From NCBI GenBank assembly GCA_036351015.1, contig JAZBOG010000034.1:21665-85664 (forward strand): a stretch of DNA of 64,000 nucleotides, written 5' to 3'. The stretch comes from Bacteroidales bacterium (lineage in GTDB: Bacteria; Bacteroidota; Bacteroidia; Bacteroidales; UBA12077). The notes under the pieces are model-generated. The model had not been told where the DNA came from, searched no databases, and was given only the letters and a program-made list of their open reading frames with translations. A program made the position numbers and the translations under genes. This document shows, in pieces, positions 19,799 through 29,833 of the stretch; position 1 is the first letter of the stretch; every line of letters starts with the position of its first letter.

Positions 19799-20572
19799 AT
19801 GAGATTTATTGGAATTATTCCTTCACGATACGAGTCGAGCCGGTTTCCGGGAAAACCCCTTGCCGTGATCGGCGGCAAGAGCATGATCCAAAGAGTTTAT
19901 GAACAGGCCTGCAAGGCCCTCGACATTGTTTATGTTGCTACCGACGATCAGCGCATAGCAGAGGAGATTAAACGATTTGGCGGACACTTTGTACTCACAT
20001 CCCCCCACCACAAAAGTGGAACCGACCGGCTTGCCGAAGCAATGCAGTTAATCCGGAAAGAATTAAATATCCGATTTGAAGGGGTGGTAAATATCCAGGG
20101 CGATGAACCATTTATCGAACCCCGGCAAATTGAGGAAATAATGGAATGTTTTACCCACCGCGAAACAGAAATTGCCACCTTAATCAAAAAGATTACTGAT
20201 TCCGACGATATCTTCAACCCCAATAAACCCAAAGTGATCTTTGATCATCAAATGAAGGCCATCTATTTTAGCCGCTCTCCCATACCGTATATTCGTCATG
20301 CGGAAAAAGAGCAATGGATAAAATCCTTTGCTTTTTATCGCCACATTGGCATGTATGCATACAGAACAGATGTTTTGTCAAAAATTACCCGCCTGAAACA
20401 ATCGCCCCTTGAACTGGCCGAATCGCTGGAACAAAACCGGTGGATCGAAAACGGGTATACCATCAGGGTCTCCAAAACAGCATTCGATTCGATAGGCATC
20501 GATACTCCTGAAGATCTGGAAAAGGCATCAGCATTGTTAAAAAAAAATAAACCCCACCCTGATGGAGATTAG
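19799..20572 (+). CDS. kdsB: 3-deoxy-manno-octulosonate cytidylyltransferase (CMP-KDO synthetase)
   Basis: MRFIGIIPSRYESSRFPGKPL is the canonical KdsB N-terminus. The track ORF starts 24 nt earlier, at 19775. Confidence 0.92.
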   Translation: MRFIGIIPSRYESSRFPGKPLAVIGGKSMIQRVYEQACKALDIVYVATDDQRIAEEIKRFGGHFVLTSPHHKSGTDRLAEAMQLIRKELNIRFEGVVNIQGDEPFIEPRQIEEIMECFTHRETEIATLIKKITDSDDIFNPNKPKVIFDHQMKAIYFSRSPIPYIRHAEKEQWIKSFAFYRHIGMYAYRTDVLSKITRLKQSPLELAESLEQNRWIENGYTIRVSKTAFDSIGIDTPEDLEKASALLKKNKPHPDGD

Positions 20573-20990
20573 AAAATTCACATCCCGGGATATTCAGCCG
20601 ATTGTAGAACTCTGGTACCATGCATCTGTAATCGCTCATCCTTTTATTTCACCGGCAATATGGGAATCACACAGGCAGGAGATGGCAGAAAAATATTTAC
20701 CACAATCAGAGACTTACGTGGCTCTTCGGGATCAGGAAATCGTTGGTTTCATTTCCATGGTTGATAATTACATGGCAGCACTTTTTGTAAAAACAGAGTT
20801 GCAGGGACAAGGGATAGGAACCATGCTGCTGGACTTTATCAAGAAAAAACAACACCCCATTGAGCTACGGGTTTTTCAAAAGAACAGGAAAAGTGTAGGT
20901 TATTACAAACATTCAGGGTTTTCCATCATTGGCGGGGAGCTGGAAGAAAACACCAATGAACCGGAATACCTCATGCGATGGGAACCATAG
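20562..20990 (+). CDS. GNAT family N-acetyltransferase
   Basis: 142 aa with the acetyl-CoA binding motif QGQGIGTMLL. It overlaps the kdsB stop by 11 nt. Confidence 0.8.
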   Translation: MEIRKFTSRDIQPIVELWYHASVIAHPFISPAIWESHRQEMAEKYLPQSETYVALRDQEIVGFISMVDNYMAALFVKTELQGQGIGTMLLDFIKKKQHPIELRVFQKNRKSVGYYKHSGFSIIGGELEENTNEPEYLMRWEP

Positions 20991-20993
20991 CTC

Positions 20994-21740
20994 CTATCTA
21001 CGGATGCTGACCAGGATCCTGTCAGCAATCTGCAGGGCGGTAGACAAAGTGCTTATATTGGGATACAAAGCCCCATCTTTACCTGAATAGTGACTGTGTC
21101 CCACAGGTTTCATTTCAAACAGTGTTTTATCCTTCGTAAGATCGATGGTGACAGCATAAACCACTGCCGGCTGGGCGGATGTTTTATAATGTTCATCGCC
21201 GGGAAATTTGCTGTTTGTCCAGTATTCATTCCAGTCCCACGACTGATTAATTTCCAGGAGAATGGTAAACTGATCGGGCAACATTGAATCTGCCCTGGTT
21301 TTCAGAATAAATCCGGAGGTGGGTGTAGCACCGGTATATGCATCAGGCACCGGATCTTCCGGGGTAGGGATATACCATCCATCGGGGGCCTGAATTCCCC
21401 GTTGATGCCCCCAGTAAGGTAAGGCTGCCGGTCTCCGTTTGGCCCCATTGACCCAACGGTTATCTCTCACCTCCCCGAAATTAAAAACTCCTTTGGCTAT
21501 AGACTCCGCCACATAAAGGGTCTGTATATAGTTTCCCTTCGTATCTTCAATCCAGATTGCCAGCAAAGGGTAATAAATTTCAGGTCCCTCAAAAAACTGA
21601 ATTTCAATTTCCGGTCCCTGACCTTCCACATTGGTTTCAAAAACAACCTCCTGTAAACACGCATCTTGCGATTGCTGGGCTTTAATTTCTAAAACCACGA
21701 AAACCAAAACAATAACCATTACATATTTAGCCATAACCAT
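20994..21740 (-). CDS. Secreted hypothetical protein with a DUF2271-like motif
   Basis: 248 aa with a signal peptide. LLAIWIEDTKGNYIQTLYV resembles the DUF2271 core. It lies 5 nt downstream of the TonB-dependent receptor gene. Confidence 0.5.
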   Translation of the reverse strand: MVMAKYVMVIVLVFVVLEIKAQQSQDACLQEVVFETNVEGQGPEIEIQFFEGPEIYYPLLAIWIEDTKGNYIQTLYVAESIAKGVFNFGEVRDNRWVNGAKRRPAALPYWGHQRGIQAPDGWYIPTPEDPVPDAYTGATPTSGFILKTRADSMLPDQFTILLEINQSWDWNEYWTNSKFPGDEHYKTSAQPAVVYAVTIDLTKDKTLFEMKPVGHSHYSGKDGALYPNISTLSTALQIADRILVSIRR

Positions 21741-21745
21741 GAGGA

Positions 21746-24163
21746 TTAAAATTGAACAATAATACCCAGCGATGGTAAAACAGTTCCTGAACCATCGCTT
21801 TCAATCCGTTTCAGATCATACCGGGTTGGATCGTCGGGATCGATGAACAGATTTCCTTCCGCATCAGTTTGTGTAATCAGCTTATCAGGTTCATCCGATT
21901 TAAAGTTATACACATTCTGAACATCAATATAAAACATTAACGACCATTTATCAAAAAAATATTGTTTATCGACACGAAGATCCAGTTGGTGAAAAGGATC
22001 CAGGCGCAAAGCATTGAGTTGGCTAAAATCCAGGTATTCCCGCCCCCGGGCATTCCAGGCAGTGATCAGGCTCGATTTATTTTCATCAAAAGGGGTGTAA
22101 GGAGAACCTCCGACAAAGCGCCACTTAAAGCCAATCTGCCAGTTTCTTTTCAGATCTCTTGTAGCCGTTAAATTTAACAAATGAATATTATCCCACGACG
22201 TGGATATAAAGGAGGAGGTAAGATTCAGGTTTTCATCAAACTTTCTAAACTCACTCCTTACCAGGGTATAGGAGAGCACCAAATTAAAGCCCAGCAGGTC
22301 CCTGTGGCGGGCCAGAAGTTCCATACCATAAGCCTGACCTTCGGCAACAGACAAAACCTCCTCATCCCCGAAAGTACCATAATCAGCTCCTTTATTGGCC
22401 AGGGCAATCGAATCGTTGATGGAAAAAGGATAATCCCGGTAATATTTATAAAACCCTTCCAGGGAAATCAGGCTTTGCTCATCGGGTAAATATTCAAATC
22501 CTGCGACCAGATGATCCACGGAAATATATTTCAATCCATTGTTTTTATTTACCAGGTTTCCTGAAGCATCGCTAAAACCAAGGGTAGTATAGGCCGGGCG
22601 CTGATAGTAACGTCCGGTATTAAAATTAACCGACCAATCAGGTTGCAATTGATAGGAAGCAGAAAAGCGCGGAGAAATTTGGGACAGCATGTCCGACATT
22701 TCCGATGAATAATTATTCGCATCTGTTCTCATGCCCAGGGAAAGGGACAATCTCCCGGAAAAATATTCCTTACTTACCTGTCCAAAGAGAGACCACGACC
22801 ACAGGTCCAGGTTGGTGTTGTAACTAATGGTTTGTGCTGCATTTCCCACAAACTGTTTTCTGAATGTGCTGTTGGAATATTGTGCATATTCTACTCCGGC
22901 TCCATAGTTTATCTTATATCCCTGATCGGTACGGGTAGTATTTTCATACCTGAATTTTGTTTCCGTCTCTTCCGACTGATAGTCAAAGGTTAATAAAGAA
23001 TCTACCTCAACATTGTTTTGGTATTTATAGGATTGATTATTGAGGGTGTTTCTGCTGAGCACCCAGGTATCGTAGCTTTTTTCGCGGTAATGCTTAAATA
23101 CCGCACCCAGGGTATAGCTCCACTGCTCATTTACCGGGATATAATTTAAGATATAACGCTGTTCTTCAGTATCGTTGGCTTCCAGGTTGAGATCAAACTG
23201 GTCGATGGCTCCCAGCCCCAGGAGTGTAAGTTCATTCTTCTCATCAAAACGGGTTTTAACTTTAAACTGAGCATCATTGTAGGTAGGCAAAAACGGAAGT
23301 TGTAATGCAGCAAACAACAGTTGCAGGTAAGACCTTCGGGCCGAAAAGATAAAGGTTGTGTTATCGGTTAGGGGTCCGTCAAAAGTTAATGCCACTTCTG
23401 AAGCTCCAAGGGTTCCCTGGGTTTCCAGTTTTTCCTTGTTGCCATCTTTTTGTTTAAATTCCAGGATCGAGCTCAATGCGTTTCCGCGGTTTGCCGGGAA
23501 TGCCCCGGAATAAAAATCCACTTCGCGGATAAAATCCACATTGATAATTCCTACCGGACCGCCGGAAGCACCCTGTGTGGCAAAATGGTTTATATTGGGA
23601 ATCTCAACACCATCGAGGTAAAAGGAATTCTCGCTGGGACCACCTCCCCGTACAATAACATCATTCCGTTGAACCGGGGTGGAAGCCACCCCGGGAAAAG
23701 ATTGAATAACCTTCGAAATATCACGGTTGGCTCCCGGGCTCTTCTCGATATCCTGAATTCCTATCCTGCGTAACGACACAGGACTTTCTTCCGTTTTTCT
23801 GAAAGGGGATGGTTTTACCACGACCTCATCCAGCGCGATAGATGTTTCTTCCAGCGGGATATTGAGAAAAACGGTTTTTGCATTGGTTACCATCACTTCT
23901 TCGGAAATATAAGTCTTGAATCCAACCGCAGAAACCTGCAACTTAACAAACCCAGGTTCAATGCCGGTAAATAAAAATTCCCCGTCAAAATTCGATGCTG
24001 AACCAATATTGGTCTGATAGATCACTACATTGGCAAAAGGTACCGGTTCATTATTTTTACTGTTAAAAACCCTTCCCTGTATTTCGCCGCTATTTTTTTG
24101 CTGACCCTCCACCCATCCGGACAACAGGGAAAAAAATAACGTTAATAGTAAAAAATGCCTCAT
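21746..24163 (-). CDS. TonB-dependent receptor with a carboxypeptidase-regulatory-like N-terminal domain
   Basis: 805 aa with a signal peptide, a CarboxypepD_reg-like segment (GRVFNSKNNEPVPFANVVIYQT) and a plug (VIVRGGGPSENSFYLDGVEIPN). The barrel ends in an aromatic residue (IIVQF). Confidence 0.85.
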   Translation of the reverse strand: MRHFLLLTLFFSLLSGWVEGQQKNSGEIQGRVFNSKNNEPVPFANVVIYQTNIGSASNFDGEFLFTGIEPGFVKLQVSAVGFKTYISEEVMVTNAKTVFLNIPLEETSIALDEVVVKPSPFRKTEESPVSLRRIGIQDIEKSPGANRDISKVIQSFPGVASTPVQRNDVIVRGGGPSENSFYLDGVEIPNINHFATQGASGGPVGIINVDFIREVDFYSGAFPANRGNALSSILEFKQKDGNKEKLETQGTLGASEVALTFDGPLTDNTTFIFSARRSYLQLLFAALQLPFLPTYNDAQFKVKTRFDEKNELTLLGLGAIDQFDLNLEANDTEEQRYILNYIPVNEQWSYTLGAVFKHYREKSYDTWVLSRNTLNNQSYKYQNNVEVDSLLTFDYQSEETETKFRYENTTRTDQGYKINYGAGVEYAQYSNSTFRKQFVGNAAQTISYNTNLDLWSWSLFGQVSKEYFSGRLSLSLGMRTDANNYSSEMSDMLSQISPRFSASYQLQPDWSVNFNTGRYYQRPAYTTLGFSDASGNLVNKNNGLKYISVDHLVAGFEYLPDEQSLISLEGFYKYYRDYPFSINDSIALANKGADYGTFGDEEVLSVAEGQAYGMELLARHRDLLGFNLVLSYTLVRSEFRKFDENLNLTSSFISTSWDNIHLLNLTATRDLKRNWQIGFKWRFVGGSPYTPFDENKSSLITAWNARGREYLDFSQLNALRLDPFHQLDLRVDKQYFFDKWSLMFYIDVQNVYNFKSDEPDKLITQTDAEGNLFIDPDDPTRYDLKRIESDGSGTVLPSLGIIVQF

Positions 24164-24348
24164 TTTGTTTAATTGTTTTTACGCTAAAGTAAACATCGAA
24201 ATTTGAAAATTGTTCAGCAAACTTTATAGGAAAGATAAAAAGAATAAAGCCGATAAAGACAAAGGGAGAGTCGCATAAGAAGAATCATTTTAGAACCTGG
24301 CTATCTCCGGAACAATGTGGACGGGCTTTACCAGTACCTGGTGGATAT

Positions 24349-24379
24349 AAAAAAGAGAGGCACTCTCCCCAGAGTGCCT
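24349..24379 (-). terminator. Terminator after the S41 protease gene
   Basis: AGGCACTCT-CCCC-AGAGTGCCT hairpin, followed on the minus strand by CTCTTTTTTAT. Confidence 0.55.
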
Positions 24380-24478
24380 ACAACTAACCTAAAAACCCAA
24401 AATTATGAATTAAATCTACCATTTAATTCTAATTCATCAACTATGACTTTAGGAGATTAAAATGGTTTAAAAAAAAGT

Positions 24479-26080
24479 TTATTTTTTTTCAAAAAATTTA
24501 ACCGCAACATTGAGAGTTCTGTCAATCTCCCCTATAATAGGGTAATAACCATCGTTGTCGATAATATTTCTGGCAATAAGAGCCCGTACCTGGGTATCAA
24601 CAATTTTGGCCGATTTATCAAACCCCTTAACAGAAGTGGGCACTCCATGCTGTGAGGCATAGGCAATGAACTGGTCAAAAATCCTGACCGATTCCAGGTA
24701 ATCACTTATTTCTCTGGCCGTTTCATACTGGTTGAGATTTTTACGGTTTTCATCGGCATAATTAAAGGTAAAATCCTGCAAGATTCCTTTTTGCAGGATC
24801 TGTGAAAAATATTTTGAATATCCCGTGGTATCTATGGGGACAAAAATATCGGGCATAATTCCACCGCCTCCAAAAACAACTTTTCCTTCGGGGGTGGTAT
24901 ACTTTAACGAATCAGCGAAGTGAATACTGTCTGCCACTTCAAATTCACCATTTTGAAAACGGTTATAGATATCATTATAATAGTCCATTTTATCATCGCC
25001 ATAGGGTTTTTGTATACTTCGGCCGGTAGGCGTGTAATAGCGGGCAATCGTAAGCCGTATGACCGAGCCATCGGACAGGGGATAAGCCTCCTGAACAAGT
25101 CCTTTGCCAAAGGACCGGCGTCCGATGATTGTTCCACGGTCGTTATCCTGGATAGCACCCGACAGGATTTCGCTGGCAGATGCCGCCCATTCATCCTGCA
25201 GAACAACCACTTCAATATCCTTACACATTCCTCTTGAAGTAGAATAAATTTCCTGGCGAGGACTGGCTTTCCCCTCGGTATAAACGATCAGCTTATCCTC
25301 ATCGAGAAACTGGTCGACAATATTGGTGGCTGCAACCATATATCCTCCGTTATTACCTCGCAGATCAATGATTAATTTGCTAAAATTCTTCTTTTGTAAT
25401 TTTTCAATACCTTCCAGGAATTCCTTGAATGTTGTTTCGGCAAAACGGTTAATTTTAATATATCCAATTTCATCGTTAATCATATAAGCAACATCCACGC
25501 TATAAATAGGAATTTTATCGCGGATAATTTCCACGTCGATCAATTCGGGAACGCCTTTACGTTCGAGGCTGATCTTTACTTTCGTTCCCATTTCTCCCTT
25601 GAGCATCCCCACCAGGTCGTTGCTGGGGATATTCTGTCCGGCAACCAGCGAATCGTTCACCCTGATAATCCGGTCGCCAGCAAGCACTCCGGCCCGGTCA
25701 GAAGGACCTCCGGAGATAACATTGATAATTATTGCAGTATCGGTTTGATGATTAAAGACTACGCCAATTCCTTCGAAGTTTCCCCGCAGATCTTCGCTTA
25801 CCCGCTTCATTTCACTGGCGGGAATATAAACCGAATGGGGATCCAACTCCTCCAGCAAAGCGGGTATTGCTGCATTTTCCAGGGCTTCTCTTGAAACCGT
25901 GTCCACATAACGCTGTTCGATATAGTCGATAATCCGCAGCAGCTTATCCTCGCCCCGATAGGAGGAAGAGGAATGATTGCTGTTATTTTTACTTAAAGTC
26001 CCGCCCAGTATAAACCCTGCGATCAATACAACCGCAAACAACAGGGGTAAATATATTTTATTTATCTTCTTTTCGCTCAT
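24479..26080 (-). CDS. S41 family carboxy-terminal processing peptidase with a PDZ domain
   Basis: 533 aa with a PDZ region (GGPSDRAGVLAGDRIIRVND), LRGNNGGY, a catalytic-serine box WAASASEILSGAIQD, and GKGLVQ. Confidence 0.9.
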   Translation of the reverse strand: MSEKKINKIYLPLLFAVVLIAGFILGGTLSKNNSNHSSSSYRGEDKLLRIIDYIEQRYVDTVSREALENAAIPALLEELDPHSVYIPASEMKRVSEDLRGNFEGIGVVFNHQTDTAIIINVISGGPSDRAGVLAGDRIIRVNDSLVAGQNIPSNDLVGMLKGEMGTKVKISLERKGVPELIDVEIIRDKIPIYSVDVAYMINDEIGYIKINRFAETTFKEFLEGIEKLQKKNFSKLIIDLRGNNGGYMVAATNIVDQFLDEDKLIVYTEGKASPRQEIYSTSRGMCKDIEVVVLQDEWAASASEILSGAIQDNDRGTIIGRRSFGKGLVQEAYPLSDGSVIRLTIARYYTPTGRSIQKPYGDDKMDYYNDIYNRFQNGEFEVADSIHFADSLKYTTPEGKVVFGGGGIMPDIFVPIDTTGYSKYFSQILQKGILQDFTFNYADENRKNLNQYETAREISDYLESVRIFDQFIAYASQHGVPTSVKGFDKSAKIVDTQVRALIARNIIDNDGYYPIIGEIDRTLNVAVKFFEKK

Positions 26081-26087
26081 GATTCCT

Positions 26088-26534
26088 TTAAATTTCTAGG
26101 TGTACAATCTCAATTTTAGCTCTTTCGAGCAGTTGTAATCCTTCGGTATTATGATATTTGTCGCAGAACACCACTCTTTTTATGCCTGCCTGGATAATTA
26201 ATTTTGAACACTCCATGCATGGTGAAGTAGTAACATATAACGTAGCATCTTCAGAGCTATTGTTCGACTTCGCAACTTTTGTTATGGCATTTGCTTCGGC
26301 ATGGAGTACATAGGGTTTGGTGACATTATTCTCATCTTCGCAGATATTTTCAAATCCCGAAGGTGTGCCATTGTATCCATCGGAGATGATCATTTTCCCT
26401 TTCACGATTAATGCGCCCACCTGCCTGCGGATACAATAGGAATTTTTCGCCCAGATTTTAGCCATCTCCAGGTAGCGTTTATCATATTCCAACTGTTTTT
26501 CTTTGTACGGATGAATTGAATCGGAGTTATCCAT
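26088..26534 (-). CDS. Deoxycytidylate (dCMP) deaminase, ComEB family
   Basis: 148 aa with the zinc motifs HAEANAI and PCMECSKLI. Confidence 0.88.
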   Translation of the reverse strand: MDNSDSIHPYKEKQLEYDKRYLEMAKIWAKNSYCIRRQVGALIVKGKMIISDGYNGTPSGFENICEDENNVTKPYVLHAEANAITKVAKSNNSSEDATLYVTTSPCMECSKLIIQAGIKRVVFCDKYHNTEGLQLLERAKIEIVHLEI

Positions 26535-26594
26535 AGCGCAGCAAGTTTAAGGAAATACAAAAAAACCCTCTAAAAAGAGGGTTCTGTTCTTTCG

Positions 26595-26678
26595 TACCTG
26601 GAGTCGGGCTCGAACCGACACGGACTAATGTCCACTGGTGTTTGAGACCAGCGCGTCTACCAATTCCGCCATCCAGGC
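26595..26678 (-). tRNA. tRNA-Leu (anticodon CAA), class II with a long variable arm
   Basis: Minus strand reads GCCTGGATGGCGGAATTGGTAGACGCGCTGGTCTCAAACACCAGTGGACATTAGTCCGTGTCGGTTCGAGCCCGACTCCAGGTA. The anticodon arm is CTGGT-CTCAAAC-ACCAG and the T arm is GTCGG-TTCGAGC-CCGAC. CCA is not encoded. The first acceptor pair appears to be G1-U72; this needs checking. Confidence 0.85.
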
Positions 26679-26766
26679 ATAATAAACAATGAACCTTTGC
26701 GTGTGCAAAAATAGACAATACTTTTTTTACAGCAAAATTTATTTTCAATGATTCTGAAAAAAATGA

Positions 26767-28686
26767 TTAACCCACATTAGATAAGATGTTGGGTTGGGCA
26801 AGATTTTTAACCTCCCGGATAATTCCCTGTACATCAAATCCACATTCATGATGTAATTCCTGGGGGGTTCCCTGCTCAACAAACCGGTCAGGAACTCCCA
26901 GGCGTTTCATGACGGGAGTATAACCATGGTCGGCCATAAATTCGATTACTGCACTTCCAAAACCTCCAACCACCGTACCATCTTCAATGGTAATCACGGC
27001 TTTATATTTTTTCCCTACGGCATGTAAAATTTCCTCATCGAGTGGTTTTACAAAGCGCATATCGTAATGGGCTATATTGATCTGATCGTTTTTCGCCAGG
27101 ATCCTGGAGGCTTCAATAACATAATTCCCCACATGCCCAACAGACAGGATGGCAATATCTTCTCCTTTCCGTATCTGCCGGCCTTTACCAATCTCAATCT
27201 TCTGAAACGGAGTTTGCCACTGAGGCATCACCCCTCTCCCCCTGGGATAACGAATGGTAAACGGTCCATGGCGACCCGATTGAGCAGTATACATTAAATT
27301 ACGTAACTCCTCTTCGTTGATGGGGGCAGATACAATCATATTAGGGATACAGCGCATATAAGCCAGGTCGTATACTCCATGATGGGTAGCCCCGTCTTCG
27401 CCCACCAAACCTCCGCGATCGAGGCAAAAAATCACATCCAGATTCTGAATACATACATCATGAATCACCTGATCATATGCCCGTTGCATGAACGAAGAAT
27501 AGATATTACAAAAGGGCACCATTCCGTCCATGGCTAACCCGGCAGAAAAAGTTACTGCGTGCTGTTCTGCAATGCCCACATCAAAGATCCGTTCGGGGAT
27601 TTCTTTCATCATAATATTTAACGATGAGCCGGTAGGCATGGCAGGAGTAATTCCTACAATTTTATCATTTGACTTCGCCAGTTCCAGGAGGGTGTGTCCG
27701 AAAACATCCTGGTACTTGGGAGCCAGAGGTTTATCGGACTTTATCTTTAAAATCTCGCCGGTAACCTTATCAAATTTCCCGGGAGCATGCCAGGCGGTCT
27801 GGTTCTGTTCCGCCTGTTTAAATCCTTTCCCCTTCTGGGTTACAATATGAAGTAGTTTGGGGCCTGGAATATGTTTTAGATCCGCCAGGATTTTGGTTAA
27901 AAAGATTACATCATGCCCATCTACCGGGCCAAAATATCTAAAATTCAGGGACTCGAAAAGGTTACTTTGCCGTAGAAGAAATGTTTTAATGGAGTTTTCA
28001 ATTTGCTGGGCAATCTTTCGATAGTTATGTCCCAGCTTATTGAGATGACCTAAAAGGTTCCAGACATCATTTTTAATTTTATTGTAGGTTTTGGAGGTCG
28101 TAATATCCAGCAGATATTCCTTTAGGGCGCCCACGTTGGGGTCTATGGCCATATTGTTATCGTTCAGGATAACCAGCATATTGTCTTTTGCCGAGCCAGC
28201 ATTATTTAACCCTTCAAAGGCCAGGCCTGCAGTCATCGAACCATCCCCGATCACGGCTACCACCTGTCGGTCTTTTTCCTTTTTAAGGTTTGCAGCCCTG
28301 GCCATTCCAAGAGCAGCTGATATGGAAGTGGAAGAGTGCCCCACCCCAAAAGCATCGTATACACTTTCCGAGGGTTTGGGGAATCCGCTGATCCCTTTAT
28401 ACTTTCGGTTGGTATGAAAATTTTCGCGTCTTCCGGTAAGAATTTTATGACCATACGCCTGATGCCCCACATCCCAAACAATTTTATCATAGGGTGCATT
28501 AAACACATAATGCAATGCAACCGTAAGCTCTACAACCCCAAGGCTTGCCCCAAAATGACCTGGATTTGAAGATACCACATCAATAATAAACTGCCTGAGC
28601 TCCTGGCTTAGTTTAGGAAGTTCCTCAATGGATAACTTTTTAAGATCTTCCGGGAAAAGAATATTTTTTAATAATTCACCTGACAT
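26767..28686 (-). CDS. dxs: 1-deoxy-D-xylulose-5-phosphate synthase
   Basis: 639 aa with GHFGASLGVVELTVALH, GHQAYGHKILTGR, the TPP motif GDGSMTAGLAFEGLNN, and a transketolase-like C-terminus. Confidence 0.97.
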   Translation of the reverse strand: MSGELLKNILFPEDLKKLSIEELPKLSQELRQFIIDVVSSNPGHFGASLGVVELTVALHYVFNAPYDKIVWDVGHQAYGHKILTGRRENFHTNRKYKGISGFPKPSESVYDAFGVGHSSTSISAALGMARAANLKKEKDRQVVAVIGDGSMTAGLAFEGLNNAGSAKDNMLVILNDNNMAIDPNVGALKEYLLDITTSKTYNKIKNDVWNLLGHLNKLGHNYRKIAQQIENSIKTFLLRQSNLFESLNFRYFGPVDGHDVIFLTKILADLKHIPGPKLLHIVTQKGKGFKQAEQNQTAWHAPGKFDKVTGEILKIKSDKPLAPKYQDVFGHTLLELAKSNDKIVGITPAMPTGSSLNIMMKEIPERIFDVGIAEQHAVTFSAGLAMDGMVPFCNIYSSFMQRAYDQVIHDVCIQNLDVIFCLDRGGLVGEDGATHHGVYDLAYMRCIPNMIVSAPINEEELRNLMYTAQSGRHGPFTIRYPRGRGVMPQWQTPFQKIEIGKGRQIRKGEDIAILSVGHVGNYVIEASRILAKNDQINIAHYDMRFVKPLDEEILHAVGKKYKAVITIEDGTVVGGFGSAVIEFMADHGYTPVMKRLGVPDRFVEQGTPQELHHECGFDVQGIIREVKNLAQPNILSNVG

Positions 28687-28817
28687 AACCCTAAAAATTC
28701 ACTACAAAGATAGGAATAATTTTTACTTTGTTTTAACGGTTTCGTAATGGAACATATTTTATATATTTGCTTGAACAAATTTATTATCTTTAACTCATCG
28801 AAACCAAAATTATTGCT

Positions 28818-29828
28818 ATGCATTCTAAATTCACGATCTACCATTTATTGTTTATACTTTTGCTTTTTTTCACGGGGTGTGTACCGGCAAAGCAATTTGA
28901 AGAATTACAGCAAAGTGCCAGGAAGTGTGAGGAAGAAAGGGAGTTATTAAACAATGAAAATAAACATCTTACCATCACCAATACCGAGCTGGAAGCAAAA
29001 ACAGCGCAATTACAAAAAAGAATAGAAAACCTGCAGGAAGATAGTGTGGAAAAAACCACCAGGCTTCGTACAATAGAAATTAAGTATGATAAGATCAACA
29101 AACAATATCATCAGCTTCAGGAATCACAGGATCAGCTTCTTTCGGGCAACATTGACGAAACCAGGAAATTACTCAGGGAACTCCAGAATACGCAGTCACA
29201 AATTATAGAAAAAGAGGATGAATTACGTAAACTGGAAGATAACTTACGCGCAGAAAGAAGCAAGTTAAATGCTTACGAGCAGGAGCTGGAGTCGAAAAAT
29301 GCCCGCCTGGTTGAGTTGGAAACAATTCTTCACCGGAAGGATTCTGTGGTTAATGTTTTAAAAGACAAGGTCTCCAAAGCATTGGTTGGCTTTACAGATG
29401 AAGGACTAGCGGTGGATATTCGCAATGGGAAGGTATATGTTTCACTCGAAGAGCAGTTACTTTTCAAATCCGGAAGCACCGAGGTGGATCCTAAAGGCGT
29501 TAGTGCCCTGAAAAAACTGGCAGGTGTACTTAGTAAAAATCCGGATATCAATATTATGGTAGAAGGACATACCGACGATGTGCCCTATATTCCCAGCGAA
29601 GCTATTCAGGACAACTGGGACTTAAGTGTTAAAAGGGCTACAGCCATTATCCGGATTTTAATGGAAGACTCTAATATCAAAGGGGACAGAATAATTGCCG
29701 CCGGCAGAAGCAAATATGTTCCTATTGAAGCAGGAAAGTCAGCTGAAGCACGTAAAAAGAACCGACGAACAGAAATAATCCTTACCCCAAAACTGGACGA
29801 GCTGTTCAAGATTCTGGAAGCAAACTAA
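28818..29828 (+). CDS. OmpA-family lipoprotein with a long N-terminal coiled coil
   Basis: 336 aa with the lipobox LFFTGC and ~170 aa of heptad-rich sequence. The C-terminal OmpA/MotB peptidoglycan-binding domain reads GHTDDVP...NWDLSVKRA...NRRTEIIL. Confidence 0.85.
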   Translation: MHSKFTIYHLLFILLLFFTGCVPAKQFEELQQSARKCEEERELLNNENKHLTITNTELEAKTAQLQKRIENLQEDSVEKTTRLRTIEIKYDKINKQYHQLQESQDQLLSGNIDETRKLLRELQNTQSQIIEKEDELRKLEDNLRAERSKLNAYEQELESKNARLVELETILHRKDSVVNVLKDKVSKALVGFTDEGLAVDIRNGKVYVSLEEQLLFKSGSTEVDPKGVSALKKLAGVLSKNPDINIMVEGHTDDVPYIPSEAIQDNWDLSVKRATAIIRILMEDSNIKGDRIIAAGRSKYVPIEAGKSAEARKKNRRTEIILTPKLDELFKILEAN

Positions 29829-29833
29829 TTAAG

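Noticed and set aside
26527-26748. 73-aa minus-strand ORF
   Set aside because: It is read straight through the tRNA-Leu(CAA) gene at 26595-26678, so the ORF is spurious.
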